Part shown: positions 1 through 7,810 of the stretch, in pieces
How the letters are laid out: the number at the start of each line of letters is the position of its first letter
Numbering within the stretch: the stretch's first letter is position 1
Notes under the pieces: model-generated
Database searches by the model: none
What the model saw: the letters and a program-made list of their open reading frames with translations, nothing else
Told to the model about the DNA's origin: nothing
Origin: Verrucomicrobiota bacterium
Lineage (GTDB): Bacteria > Verrucomicrobiota > Verrucomicrobiia > Limisphaerales > CANJSG01
Assembly (NCBI GenBank): GCA_038209745.1
Contig: JBBQXJ010000101.1
Coordinates: 1 to 14,534 of the forward strand
DNA: 14,534 nucleotides
Direction: 5' to 3'
Made by a program: the position numbers and the translations under genes

Positions 1-123
1 GAAGGCCTCAACAGCGTCTTCTCCGCCGTCAAGCGCAAGGCCCGCGGCTTCCGCTCCACCAAGAACCTCATCACCATGCTCTACTTCACCGCCGGCCGCC
101 TCGACCTACCCTCTACCCACTGA
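1..123 (+). CDS. ISL3-family transposase, C-terminal 40 aa (partial)
   Basis: Frame 1 reads EGLNSVFSAVKRKARGFRSTKNLITMLYFTAGRLDLPSTH*, matching the ISL3 EGxN...KRxAxGFR motif. It is missing from the ORF track because it has no start codon in the window. Confidence 0.85.
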   Translation, partial: EGLNSVFSAVKRKARGFRSTKNLITMLYFTAGRLDLPSTH

Positions 124-138
124 AAACAGCGAGGAACC
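1..138 (+). mobile_element. Right end of an ISL3-family insertion sequence (partial)
   Basis: Transposase C-terminus at 1-123, then ...CACTGAAAACAGCGAGGAACC ending at 138 (reverse complement GGTTCC..., a typical ISL3 terminus). The AT-rich AGAAATGT (139-146) may be the target duplication. The left end is outside the window. Confidence 0.8.
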
Positions 139-276
139 AGAAATGTTCCGATCCGTGCCACGACTGATTCGAAGGTCCAAGTCGGACCAACCGGCTCCAG
201 TGTTCCTTCTTCGCTGATGCCGGTCCCTTCGATCCGATAGAAACGGCTTTCCCAAGCACGTCCCATAAAAGCGCTG

Positions 277-294
277 GATTACCTCTCTGTAATC
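277..294. promoter_or_regulatory. Palindromic operator-like site upstream of htrA
   Basis: GATTAC-CTCTCT-GTAATC, a perfect 6-6-6 inverted repeat about 80 nt before the htrA start. Its architecture matches ATTAC-N6-GTAAT boxes of CusR/HprR-type response regulators. Confidence 0.4.
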
Positions 295-325
295 TTCACG
301 AAAGCCGCCTGAAATGAACCCCGTG

Positions 326-371
326 TCTGTTCCTCCATAGCTGAAAACCAGCCACGAACAAGAGGAACAGA
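326..371 (+). promoter_or_regulatory. Stem-loop sequestering the htrA Shine-Dalgarno sequence
   Basis: TCTGTTCCTC (326-335) is the exact reverse complement of GAGGAACAGA (362-371), which contains the SD. ATG is at 375. There is an inner hairpin GCTG-AAAAC-CAGC. Confidence 0.5.
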
Positions 372-374
372 AAC

Positions 375-1856
375 ATGAACAGGACCTATCAGAGATTTCT
401 CAGTGCGTTTGCAGTCACGACATTGGCCGGAACGCTGGTCGCTGGAGGCATCGCGGCCTCCTCCACGTCCACCACCCGCGAAACGCAGAAAGCGGAGCTT
501 CAACGGATCGATCCCCAGCCCATCCAGTCGTTCGCCCCGCTGGTTAAACGGGTGGCGCCTTCCGTGGTCCAAGTCGCCGTCATGGTCAAAGCCAAGAACA
601 CCCGCATGGAAGGCATCGACAAGGACAACCCCATGTTCCGCTGGTTCTACGGGGAGAATCCCGACCTGCCGGGGCGGCGCCCATCCCGGACCCCGGCCCA
701 GCATGGAGCTGGATCCGCCGTGATCGTCAGCCCGGATGGCTATCTCCTGACCAACAACCACGTGGTCGACGGGGCGGACGAATTGAAGGTGCGCTTGCAG
801 GACGGCCGTGAATTCGAAGCCAAGGTCGTCGGCACCGATCCCCAGACCGACGTCGCCGTGATCAAGGTCGATGCCAAGGACCTTCCCGCGATAGACTTGG
901 CTGACAGCGACGCCACAGAAGTCGGCGATATCGTCCTCGCGATTGGAAATCCCTTCAATCTCGGCCAGACCGTCACCAGCGGGATCATCAGCGCCAAAGG
1001 ACGCGCCACGATGGGACTCGACTACGAAGACTTCCTCCAGACCGATGCCGCGATCAATCCTGGCAACTCCGGCGGTGCCTTGGTCGATTCCCGCGGGCGC
1101 CTGATCGGAATCAATACGGCCATCATCAGCGACAGCGGCGGCAACCAGGGCATTGGCTTCGCGATTCCCGTGAATCTCGCCCGCTCCGTCATGGACGGGT
1201 TGATCAAGAACGGCCGCGTCACGCGCAGCTACATCGGCGTGAGAATCCAGAACGTGACCCCGGCGCTGGCCACCCAGTTCAAGATGAAGGACTCCAAAGG
1301 CGCTCTCGTGGGCGAAGTGAAATCCGGTGGGCCCGCCGCCAAGGCCGGCCTCGAGTCGGGTGATATCATCGTCGAGTTCGCCGGCAAGCCGGTGGAAGAC
1401 AGCCGCCACTTGAAGTTCAGCGTCGCGTCCGCCAAGCCCGGTTCGACCGTCCCGGTGGTGATCGTCCGCGACGGCCATACCAAGACCCTCAAGCTCAAGC
1501 TCCAGGAAATGGACTCCACCTTGAACCTTTCCAGCGCCGGCTCCGAAGCCGCCAAGGAAGAAGGCACGCTCAATGGCGTCACCGTGGGCAATCTCACCCC
1601 CGAGACCCGCAGCCAGTTCAACATCCCCGCCGACGTCGAAGGCGCTCTCGTGATGGAGGTGGATCCCAGCAGTCCCGCCTTCGAGAGCAACCTGCGTCAA
1701 GGCGATGTGATCATGGCGATCAACCGCAAGTCCGTGGGCGGCGCGGAAGATGCCGTCAAGCTGACCGAGAAGGCCGAAGACCACACCAGCCTGCTCCGCG
1801 TCTGGAGCAAGGGCGGCAGCCGCTACGTCGTCGTCGACGAATCAAAAGCCAATTGA
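375..1856 (+). CDS. htrA: HtrA/DegP-DegQ family periplasmic serine endoprotease with two PDZ domains
   Basis: Signal peptide; catalytic motifs LTNNHVV, TDVAVIK, QTDAAINPGNSGG; GIGFAIP; two PDZ domains; SD AGAGGA upstream. Confidence 0.96.
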   Translation: MNRTYQRFLSAFAVTTLAGTLVAGGIAASSTSTTRETQKAELQRIDPQPIQSFAPLVKRVAPSVVQVAVMVKAKNTRMEGIDKDNPMFRWFYGENPDLPGRRPSRTPAQHGAGSAVIVSPDGYLLTNNHVVDGADELKVRLQDGREFEAKVVGTDPQTDVAVIKVDAKDLPAIDLADSDATEVGDIVLAIGNPFNLGQTVTSGIISAKGRATMGLDYEDFLQTDAAINPGNSGGALVDSRGRLIGINTAIISDSGGNQGIGFAIPVNLARSVMDGLIKNGRVTRSYIGVRIQNVTPALATQFKMKDSKGALVGEVKSGGPAAKAGLESGDIIVEFAGKPVEDSRHLKFSVASAKPGSTVPVVIVRDGHTKTLKLKLQEMDSTLNLSSAGSEAAKEEGTLNGVTVGNLTPETRSQFNIPADVEGALVMEVDPSSPAFESNLRQGDVIMAINRKSVGGAEDAVKLTEKAEDHTSLLRVWSKGGSRYVVVDESKAN

Positions 1857-1871
1857 TCCTGGCTGAAACAC

Positions 1872-1907
1872 GCTCCCGTCCGCCGCAAGGCTGGCGGGAG
1901 CTTTTTT
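1872..1907 (+). terminator. Rho-independent terminator of htrA
   Basis: GCTCCCGTC-C-GCC-GCAA-GGC-T-GGCGGGAGC stem with a GNRA loop, followed by TTTTTT. Confidence 0.88.
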
Positions 1908-1965
1908 GTGTCCGGATCTCGAATCCCGCTTTTTACCGGCGTCCCGCTCGGGCATTACCAGCGGT

Positions 1966-2811
1966 GTGCATGTCTTTCTGAACGGCCAGATCCTCCCCGA
2001 AGAGCGCGCCACCGTGCCCGTGACCGACCGTGGTTTCCTCTATGGCGACGGGTTGTTCGAAACCGTCCTCGTCGCCAATGGCAAACCCTTCCGCTGGCCG
2101 CAGCATCTCCAGCGCTTGCGCAAAGGCGCGGCCTTCCTCGGCATTGGCCTCAAGGCCTCCGATGCGGAACTGTCCGCCGCCCTGGCCGAACTCCTGCGCC
2201 TCGACGCCTTCACCGAAGCCATTGCGCGCATCACCCTGACGCGCGGCCCGGGACCACGCGGCTATTCGCCGAAAGGCGCCGATCACCCCACTCTTGTCAT
2301 TGCCTGCCATCCCCTGCCCGGCGTCTCTGCGGCCGGCGCCCTGCCCCGATGGAAACTCATCACCGCCTCGTTCCGCGTCGCTGCCGGCGATCCGTTGTCG
2401 AACCTCAAGACCTCGAACAAGCTCCTCAATGTCCTCGCCCGCGCCGAAGCCGAAGCACGCGGCGCGGATGAAGCCCTGCTGCTCAACACCGACGGCCACA
2501 TCGTCGAAGCGGCCTCGGCCAATGTCTTCTGGATCGACCACGGCACCGTCTGCACCCCGCCCCTCGATGAAGGCGCGCTTGAGGGCGTGACCCGTGGGCT
2601 GGTGCTCGAAATCTGTCGCGGACTCGGACTGCCCACGGACTTTCGGCGCGTGCCCCCCGCCGCCTTGAATGCTGCCGACGCCGTCTTCCTGACTCTCAGC
2701 ACGCTGGGTTTGATCGAGATTGTGGAACTGGACGGCCAATCCGTCAGCCGCTCCGACCTGGTCCGCCGATTGGCCGAATCGTTCCGCCTGCAAATCCTCG
2801 TCGAATGCTGA
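1966..2811 (+). CDS. PLP-dependent aminotransferase class IV (aminodeoxychorismate lyase / branched-chain or D-amino acid aminotransferase family)
   Basis: Motifs VFLNG, DRGFLYGDGLFET, HLQRL, PLP lysine in LKTSN, EAASANVF, LEGVTR. GTG at 1966 is the likely start because the TTG at 1906 lies in the terminator T-tract. Confidence 0.92.
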   Translation: MHVFLNGQILPEERATVPVTDRGFLYGDGLFETVLVANGKPFRWPQHLQRLRKGAAFLGIGLKASDAELSAALAELLRLDAFTEAIARITLTRGPGPRGYSPKGADHPTLVIACHPLPGVSAAGALPRWKLITASFRVAAGDPLSNLKTSNKLLNVLARAEAEARGADEALLLNTDGHIVEAASANVFWIDHGTVCTPPLDEGALEGVTRGLVLEICRGLGLPTDFRRVPPAALNAADAVFLTLSTLGLIEIVELDGQSVSRSDLVRRLAESFRLQILVEC

Positions 2812-2923
2812 GATCGACCACCGCCGGGTCTGCAAGCCTTCGAGCCTGTCTGACAAAGCAGGAAGGGTGAGGGAGTCGGCGAATTTTACGTCTGGTCTGC
2901 GAAGTTGCCGCAGGGCGGGTGTC

Positions 2924-3020
2924 CCAATCCGACTGATTGGAAGCGATTAGCGGGGAGTTGAGCGGAGCAACACCCCCGGACAGCGGCCCCGCCTGGAGCG
3001 CGCCCTGAAAGGGTGCCAGC
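2924..3020. repeat. Three-hairpin extragenic palindromic element (REP-like)
   Basis: CCAATC/GATTGG (2924-2940); CGGGGAGTTG-AGCGGAG-CAACACCCCCG (2951-2978); GCGCCCT-GAA-AGGGTGC (3000-3016). From memory it resembles palindromic repeats found near IS200/RAYT-type tyrosine transposases. Single copy in this window. Confidence 0.45.
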
Positions 3021-3372
3021 AGGGCAACGGCGCATAGAACGGCGATGCAGCGACGATTGCACGACTTAGGAAGTTTCTCTCAGAGTGCGCTGAGGAGTTG
3101 CGAGGCAAGAAACCATTTCATCGACACTTCCGAGACTTCGGACGAGGCTCAAATGCGAGTTTGGTTGATGTTGTTGTCGAGCGCGCAGTTTCCAAACCCA
3201 CGAAGCGGCCTCCTGAGTAACAGGATTACGAGGCCGTCAGGCGGGAACGAGTTTCAGGTTTAAGGCGAGGGCTTAGTTTTTAGAGGTTCTTTAGGCGGTG
3301 GGCGTTTCCGGCAGTTTTCGCTGAGCCTGTGTCCTTATCCTTCATCCAGAACCGCGACCATCCCCGAACACC

Positions 3373-4605
3373 ATGAACCGACGCAGCTTCCTCAAATTGG
3401 CCGTCATCGAAACGATCTGCCTGCCTCCCGTCGCCCGTTTGCTTGCGGCCGATCTGCCAACGGCCAAGGGCGCTGCGAAGGGCGTTTCTTTCAAAGACAC
3501 GCCGACTGGCCGGGATTGGCTCGCCCGCTGGGAAAAGAGCATCCTCGGCGACGCCCGCAGCCGCTCTTGCGACAAGGAGATGGGCGAAGAGCTCGGCTGG
3601 TTGGTCAGCCCTTTCCTCAATGGTTTCTACTACGGCCACCTCGCCACCGGCGATCCGAAGTGGATCGATCTGCTGATCGACTGGACCGACTCGTGCATCC
3701 GTCGCGGCGTCAAAGAGCCCGATGGTTTCCTCGGTTGGCCCAAGGGGAGTCGCGGGGGCGGTGAGTCGCAGGAGTATTCGGCCGACAGCCTGTTGGGCGA
3801 AGCGATGATTCTTCGGCCCGTGGTGTTGATGGCAGCCCGAATCCTCGGCGATCCAGCCCTGGACGCGAAATACGGGGTCAAGGCCCGGAGCCATCTCGAC
3901 CTTGCCGAAAGGACCTTCGAAAAATGGGACTCCCGCGGTTGCTGGCGCGACGTGAAGGAGGGCGGCGTGTGGATCGTGCCCGATTTCGGCATTGATCTGA
4001 AAACCGGTTCCTGGTCCGCCGGCTACGCCGAGCGTAAGACCAACGGTTTCACCAATCCCGCCAACAAGGAGAACCACATCGCCCGCTGGATGCTGGCCCT
4101 GCACGACGCCACCAAGAAGCCCGTCTATCGCGACCGGGCCGAGCAATGGTTTCGGGTGATGCGCTCTCGTATCAGGACGCGCGAGGAGGGGAAATACAGC
4201 GTTTGGAACTATTGGGACCCGGCCGGTCCCTGGGACTACCAGCCCAACGGCGCACCGAAACACTGGGTCGGTGTCCATCCCAACGGCGGCTATTACCAGA
4301 TCGACGTCGAAGGCATCGTCGGCGCCTACCAGCACGGTCTCGTCTTCACCAAGGCCGACATCGACCGACTGATCGCCACCAACCGCGACTTCATGTGGAA
4401 CCAGAAGATCGACGGGGCGAAGTTTCAGCGCATCGACGGCGGCGAGGTCGACGCGCGGTGGAAGAATTCACCGGGCGCGCTGTGGCCCTCTCTCGTGCCG
4501 TATGATGAAACCCTGCGCGCCGTCTTCATCGCCAATCACGACCCGTCCGGCTGGGGAGGCATCGGCGGCACACCTTGGTTTCTCGCGGAAGGCGATCGCC
4601 GCTGA
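3373..4605 (+). CDS. Tat-exported hypothetical protein, probable alpha/alpha-toroid (six-hairpin glycosidase/epimerase-like) fold
   Basis: Twin-arginine signal MNRRSFLK...LLAA; host-like codon usage; Trp-rich; helix-turn motifs LATGDPKW and DATKKPVYRDRAE. The fold is an inference. Confidence 0.8.
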   Translation: MNRRSFLKLAVIETICLPPVARLLAADLPTAKGAAKGVSFKDTPTGRDWLARWEKSILGDARSRSCDKEMGEELGWLVSPFLNGFYYGHLATGDPKWIDLLIDWTDSCIRRGVKEPDGFLGWPKGSRGGGESQEYSADSLLGEAMILRPVVLMAARILGDPALDAKYGVKARSHLDLAERTFEKWDSRGCWRDVKEGGVWIVPDFGIDLKTGSWSAGYAERKTNGFTNPANKENHIARWMLALHDATKKPVYRDRAEQWFRVMRSRIRTREEGKYSVWNYWDPAGPWDYQPNGAPKHWVGVHPNGGYYQIDVEGIVGAYQHGLVFTKADIDRLIATNRDFMWNQKIDGAKFQRIDGGEVDARWKNSPGALWPSLVPYDETLRAVFIANHDPSGWGGIGGTPWFLAEGDRR

Positions 4606-4611
4606 CGCGAA

Positions 4612-4645
4612 AAAACCGTCGCCAAGAAGACTTGCCGACGGTTTT
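4612..4645. terminator. Bidirectional terminator between convergent genes
   Basis: AAAACCGTCG-C-CAAG-AAGA-CTTG-C-CGACGGTTTT hairpin with A/T tracts on both sides. Confidence 0.8.
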
Positions 4646-4665
4646 CAAAAAGAGACCGGCGAGCC

Positions 4666-5439
4666 TCAGCGGAAGATCTCCGCGAAGAACGCCTTCATCT
4701 GCTCCCACGAACGCCGGTCGGCGGCCGCGTTGTATTTGGCGCCCGCCATCGAGCCGTCGGCGGTCCATTGGGTGAAGCTGTGGACCGCGCCGCTATAGGC
4801 CACGAACTGGTAGTCCACCTTGTTCACCCGCAACTCCGTCAGGAACGCCGCCATGTCCTTGGGCGCCACGAACGGATCCTCCGCGCCGTGGCAGATCAGC
4901 ATCTTGGCCCGGATGTTCGCCCCGTCCAGAGGTGCGGGGGAATCCAGCCCACCGTGGAAGGTCACCACTCCGGCGACGTCGGCGCCCGCTCTGGCCAGCT
5001 CGATCGCGGCGGTGCCGCCGAAGCAGTAGCCGATCACGGCGACGTGTCTCGCGTCGGTGTTCACGTCCGAGCGCAGCACGTCCAGTCCCGCCAGCGCCCT
5101 CGCCCGGAGCAGATTGCGGTCACCCTTGAACTTGCCGGCTTCCGCGCCCGCTTCCTGCGGATTCTTCGGCCGCACGCCCTTGCCGTAGATGTCGAGGGCG
5201 AAGACGTTGTAGCCGAGCTGGGCCAACATTTCAGACCGCTTCATTTCATAGTCCGTCAGCCCCATCCACTGATGGATCACCAGGACCGAAGGCCTCCGGC
5301 CTTTGACCGCGTCGTTCCACGTCATCACTCCTTCGAGCACGGTGTCGCCCTGTTTGTATTCGACGACTCTCGTTTGGATCGCCGCGGAAGCCGCCGCTGT
5401 GAAGAGGGATAAAAGGAGGCCCGTGAAAAGCAGTTTCAT
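4666..5439 (-). CDS. Dienelactone hydrolase family protein (secreted)
   Basis: Signal peptide MKLLFTG...ASA; nucleophile motif GYCFGG; FHG; HGAEDP; AVHSF, giving a Cys-Asp-His triad. ATG at 5439 is preferred over the ORF-track start. Confidence 0.93.
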   Translation of the reverse strand: MKLLFTGLLLSLFTAAASAAIQTRVVEYKQGDTVLEGVMTWNDAVKGRRPSVLVIHQWMGLTDYEMKRSEMLAQLGYNVFALDIYGKGVRPKNPQEAGAEAGKFKGDRNLLRARALAGLDVLRSDVNTDARHVAVIGYCFGGTAAIELARAGADVAGVVTFHGGLDSPAPLDGANIRAKMLICHGAEDPFVAPKDMAAFLTELRVNKVDYQFVAYSGAVHSFTQWTADGSMAGAKYNAAADRRSWEQMKAFFAEIFR

Positions 5440-5527
5440 ATTTCCCCGACGAAAGCGTGCCAACCCCGCCGCGTCAAGGAGCGCGGTCCCGGCAAAGCGG
5501 TCCAAGCTCCCTCGCGAAGGATTCGGT

Positions 5528-6430
5528 TCAGCCTTCCGGCCATTTGGGAAGCGACTCCAGAAACTCGGACCCGGCCCCCTTCAACCAAACGTGGGTTTTG
5601 TCGGCCTTCTTTGCAGTCACCAGATTGCGCCGCAGGACGCCCGCAATTGCACCAACGGCGACCGCCACACATCCGATCAGAAAGAGCCAGCCCTGCTCTC
5701 CGCTCACGATACCGAGAAGCAGCGCCAAACAGCCGCCGATCGCCAACCCGGCGATGGCCGCTCCCGAGACGAAACGCTTCCGGGCATGCTCCGCGCAGAC
5801 CCCGATCCCCACATGGACGCCTTGGCCGCGCGCTGAAGAGATGCCCCCGTTGATCAGAGCTGCGACGACAATGGCGAAAGGAACCAGCCACGGAATTTCT
5901 TCTCGGGAGGAGAACTCCACCAAGGATGCGATTACGAGTCCGCCCAACATGACAAAACCGCCGGTTGGCGATGCCAAAAACACCCGGTAAGACTGCGGCT
6001 TTTCCATGGCCTGGCGATTGCACTTCACGCAGCGCGGCGGCAAAACCCCGTTCCGGCCCACCACGATCAGACGGCCGGACCGGCACGCGTCATCCGTGTC
6101 GGTCGCGAGCAGACCTTCCCGCAGCTTCTGCAGCACCACCGGCTTGCAGCTTCCGCACGTTCTCCGTCCTGCGATCTGCACCAGATCCTCGTCAGCAAAC
6201 CGGTCCCCACATTCTGCGCAGGCGTGTTGCGTCTCTTTTGCCGGCGCGTTGAACGCGGGTTCGCCTCCGATCCTCGCCGACCGCACGACCCTGAGCGGTG
6301 CCCACTCGTCCATCCCCCGACACCAGACAAACGCATTCAGATCGATCTCCCCCATTCCGAACCGCTGCTCCAGCGACGACTCCGAGAGGGGCCCGAACCG
6401 CTGCCCGTCTTTGGCGTAGAACCATTCCAC
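5528..6430 (-). CDS. GYF_2/DUF4339 domain membrane protein with Cys-rich zinc-ribbon-like motifs
   Basis: N-terminal EWFYAKDGQRFGP...VWCRGMDEWAPL; CAEC...CGSCKP; LPPRCVKCN...GVCAEH; about four hydrophobic helices. GTG start at 6430. Confidence 0.85.
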   Translation of the reverse strand: MEWFYAKDGQRFGPLSESSLEQRFGMGEIDLNAFVWCRGMDEWAPLRVVRSARIGGEPAFNAPAKETQHACAECGDRFADEDLVQIAGRRTCGSCKPVVLQKLREGLLATDTDDACRSGRLIVVGRNGVLPPRCVKCNRQAMEKPQSYRVFLASPTGGFVMLGGLVIASLVEFSSREEIPWLVPFAIVVAALINGGISSARGQGVHVGIGVCAEHARKRFVSGAAIAGLAIGGCLALLLGIVSGEQGWLFLIGCVAVAVGAIAGVLRRNLVTAKKADKTHVWLKGAGSEFLESLPKWPEG

Positions 6431-6496
6431 GGACGGAAGGTCTTCGAGAGTTGATCGGCTCCGCAAGCCCGACCGCTTCTTTGCCGCCGGCGTGAC

Positions 6497-7082
6497 AAGG
6501 GTTCTTTTTTCTTACGGCCGATGACGCTGAGCCGCAAAGCGGGGAGGTTTGGCTGAACTTGAACGCACTTTTTTGGTTCGGCGGAGTGGGATGAAAGCAT
6601 GGGACGCGGTTCCAACGACGACCCGGATGGCGAGCAACGTGCGGGTTTCGGGCCGGGAGGGGACCGGGTGGTTCGACCCGCAACGGGCAACGCACCATTC
6701 TCCGGGTGCGGGCCACCCGGTCGGTGATTGCCTCCGTCAGGTCGTCGGGTTCGACGGGCGGGTCGTGGCGCTGTGGGCCTGGGGACCGGGCTGCTACGCG
6801 CTCAAGGACCGCGACCACTGGATCGGGTGGAACGCCTCAAGCGGATCGTCCAGAATCGGTGGTTCCTGGTCCTCGCGGCCACCGGGGCGGCGTGGAGAAT
6901 CGCAACCACTGGCGCCGCGCCGCGCTCATGGGCGAGGACCGCTCCCGCAGTCGCAAGCCCAACCTCCTGCCCGACCCCTTCCCCAATGACGCGCTTCCCG
7001 AGATCCGCAAACACTTCCGCTCCAGACCCGCCCGATCCCTCGACCTCATCTCCCTTTGAGCCCTTCAAAACAAAAGGCCCTG
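6497..7082 (+). mobile_element. Internally deleted ISAs1-family element with a DUF4338 (DruA-like) N-terminal region
   Basis: Right end AAAACAAAAGGCCCTG (7067-7082); degenerate left end AAGGGTTCTTTTTTCTT (~6497-6513). The interior holds DUF4338 and ISAs1 transposase fragments in three frames. Confidence 0.7.
6591..7059 (+). pseudogene. DUF4338-ISAs1 transposase pseudogene (frameshifted, large deletions)
   Basis: Fragments HHSPGAGHPVGDCLRQVV...VALWAWGPGCYALKDRDHWIGW and RVERLKRIVQNRWFLVL (DUF4338-like), then RGHRGGVENRNHWRRAALMGEDRSRSR (ISAs1 RxHWxIENxxHWxxD...ED motif, with W>R and D>A changes). Confidence 0.75.
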
Positions 7083-7135
7083 CGGGTTTACTGAGAAAGC
7101 GGGCCGGAAGAGGGGGCCGGAAGGCTCGGGGCGGA

Positions 7136-7810
7136 TCAGGGTTTTGATCCGGAAACCACGGCCGCGATCGATCGATCATGGGTTTTGGCCATTGACGCCA
7201 TGGCCGCCATGGCGCCGCACAAGGCGAGGAACATGTCCCACTGCGTGTCCCATGGATCGCCCTGGGTGCCGAGGAAGTCGGTGGCTCCGGAACCGCTGAG
7301 CAAGGCCGTCCACCATTCGATGAACTCGTAGAAGGCGCTGAAGGCGAGACAGACGCTGACGGTGAGGACGGGGAGCCATTTGCCGCGCCCGAGCGAACTG
7401 GTCCGGACCAGCAATTCCCGCACGAAGATCGCCGGGATGAAGCCCTGGGCGAAGTGGCCGATGCGGTCGTAGTGGTTCCGCTCGAAGCCGAACCAGTCCT
7501 TCATCCAGTCGCCCAGCGGCACCTTGGCGTAGGTGTAGTGCCCGCCGACGGCGAGGATGACGGCGTGGATCGCGAACAATGTGAGGCACAGTCGCGAGAG
7601 CGGAAATCGCCGATGGGTGCAGGCCAGGAGCACCAGACCGATCCAGACGGGGAAGTTTTCCAGCACCCACGTCATCCGGTCGGCGCTGGGCGACCAGCCG
7701 AGGGCGAGCTGGGTCAAAAGGACGACGGTGATGAGGAGGCTGTTGAACAAAACGGGCTCAGTTGTGCTGCGTCCTTGACGTTTTTGCGAAAGCGAAACGG
7801 CCAACGTCAA
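7136..7810 (-). CDS. DUF2238 / YjdF-family inner membrane protein
   Basis: Motifs DRMTWVLE, GGHYTYAKVPLG, RNHYDRIGHFAQGF, AFYEFIEWW, FLGTQGDPWDTQWDM. Start is uncertain: TTG 7810 or TTG 7750. Confidence 0.92.
   Translation of the reverse strand: MTLAVSLSQKRQGRSTTEPVLFNSLLITVVLLTQLALGWSPSADRMTWVLENFPVWIGLVLLACTHRRFPLSRLCLTLFAIHAVILAVGGHYTYAKVPLGDWMKDWFGFERNHYDRIGHFAQGFIPAIFVRELLVRTSSLGRGKWLPVLTVSVCLAFSAFYEFIEWWTALLSGSGATDFLGTQGDPWDTQWDMFLALCGAMAAMASMAKTHDRSIAAVVSGSKP

Noticed and set aside
81..266. 61-aa minus-strand ORF, possibly a gene cut by ISL3
   Set aside because: No recognisable motif or SD, and its 3' third lies within the IS. It cannot be supported without the other IS flank.
279..1784. 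501-aa antisense ORF, and similar ones at 1933-2856, 3280-4335, 4768-5412, 7454-8107, 8290-9663, 10881-11585 and 13091-13954
   Set aside because: Shadow frames opposite well-supported genes, expected from high-GC codon bias; no recognisable motifs.
3045..3263. 72-aa ORF in the intergenic region
   Set aside because: No SD or motif. An overlapping start-less frame (3038-3220) looks more protein-like, and neither is supportable as a gene.
5448..5464. Sigma-54 promoter before the dienelactone hydrolase (TTGGCACG on the minus strand)
   Set aside because: The -12 TTGC element is absent at the required spacing.
6549..6989. Intact Druantia anti-phage system (DruA)
   Set aside because: Only a decayed DUF4338-like fragment fused to ISAs1 remains; there is no DruE helicase or other Dru gene in the window.
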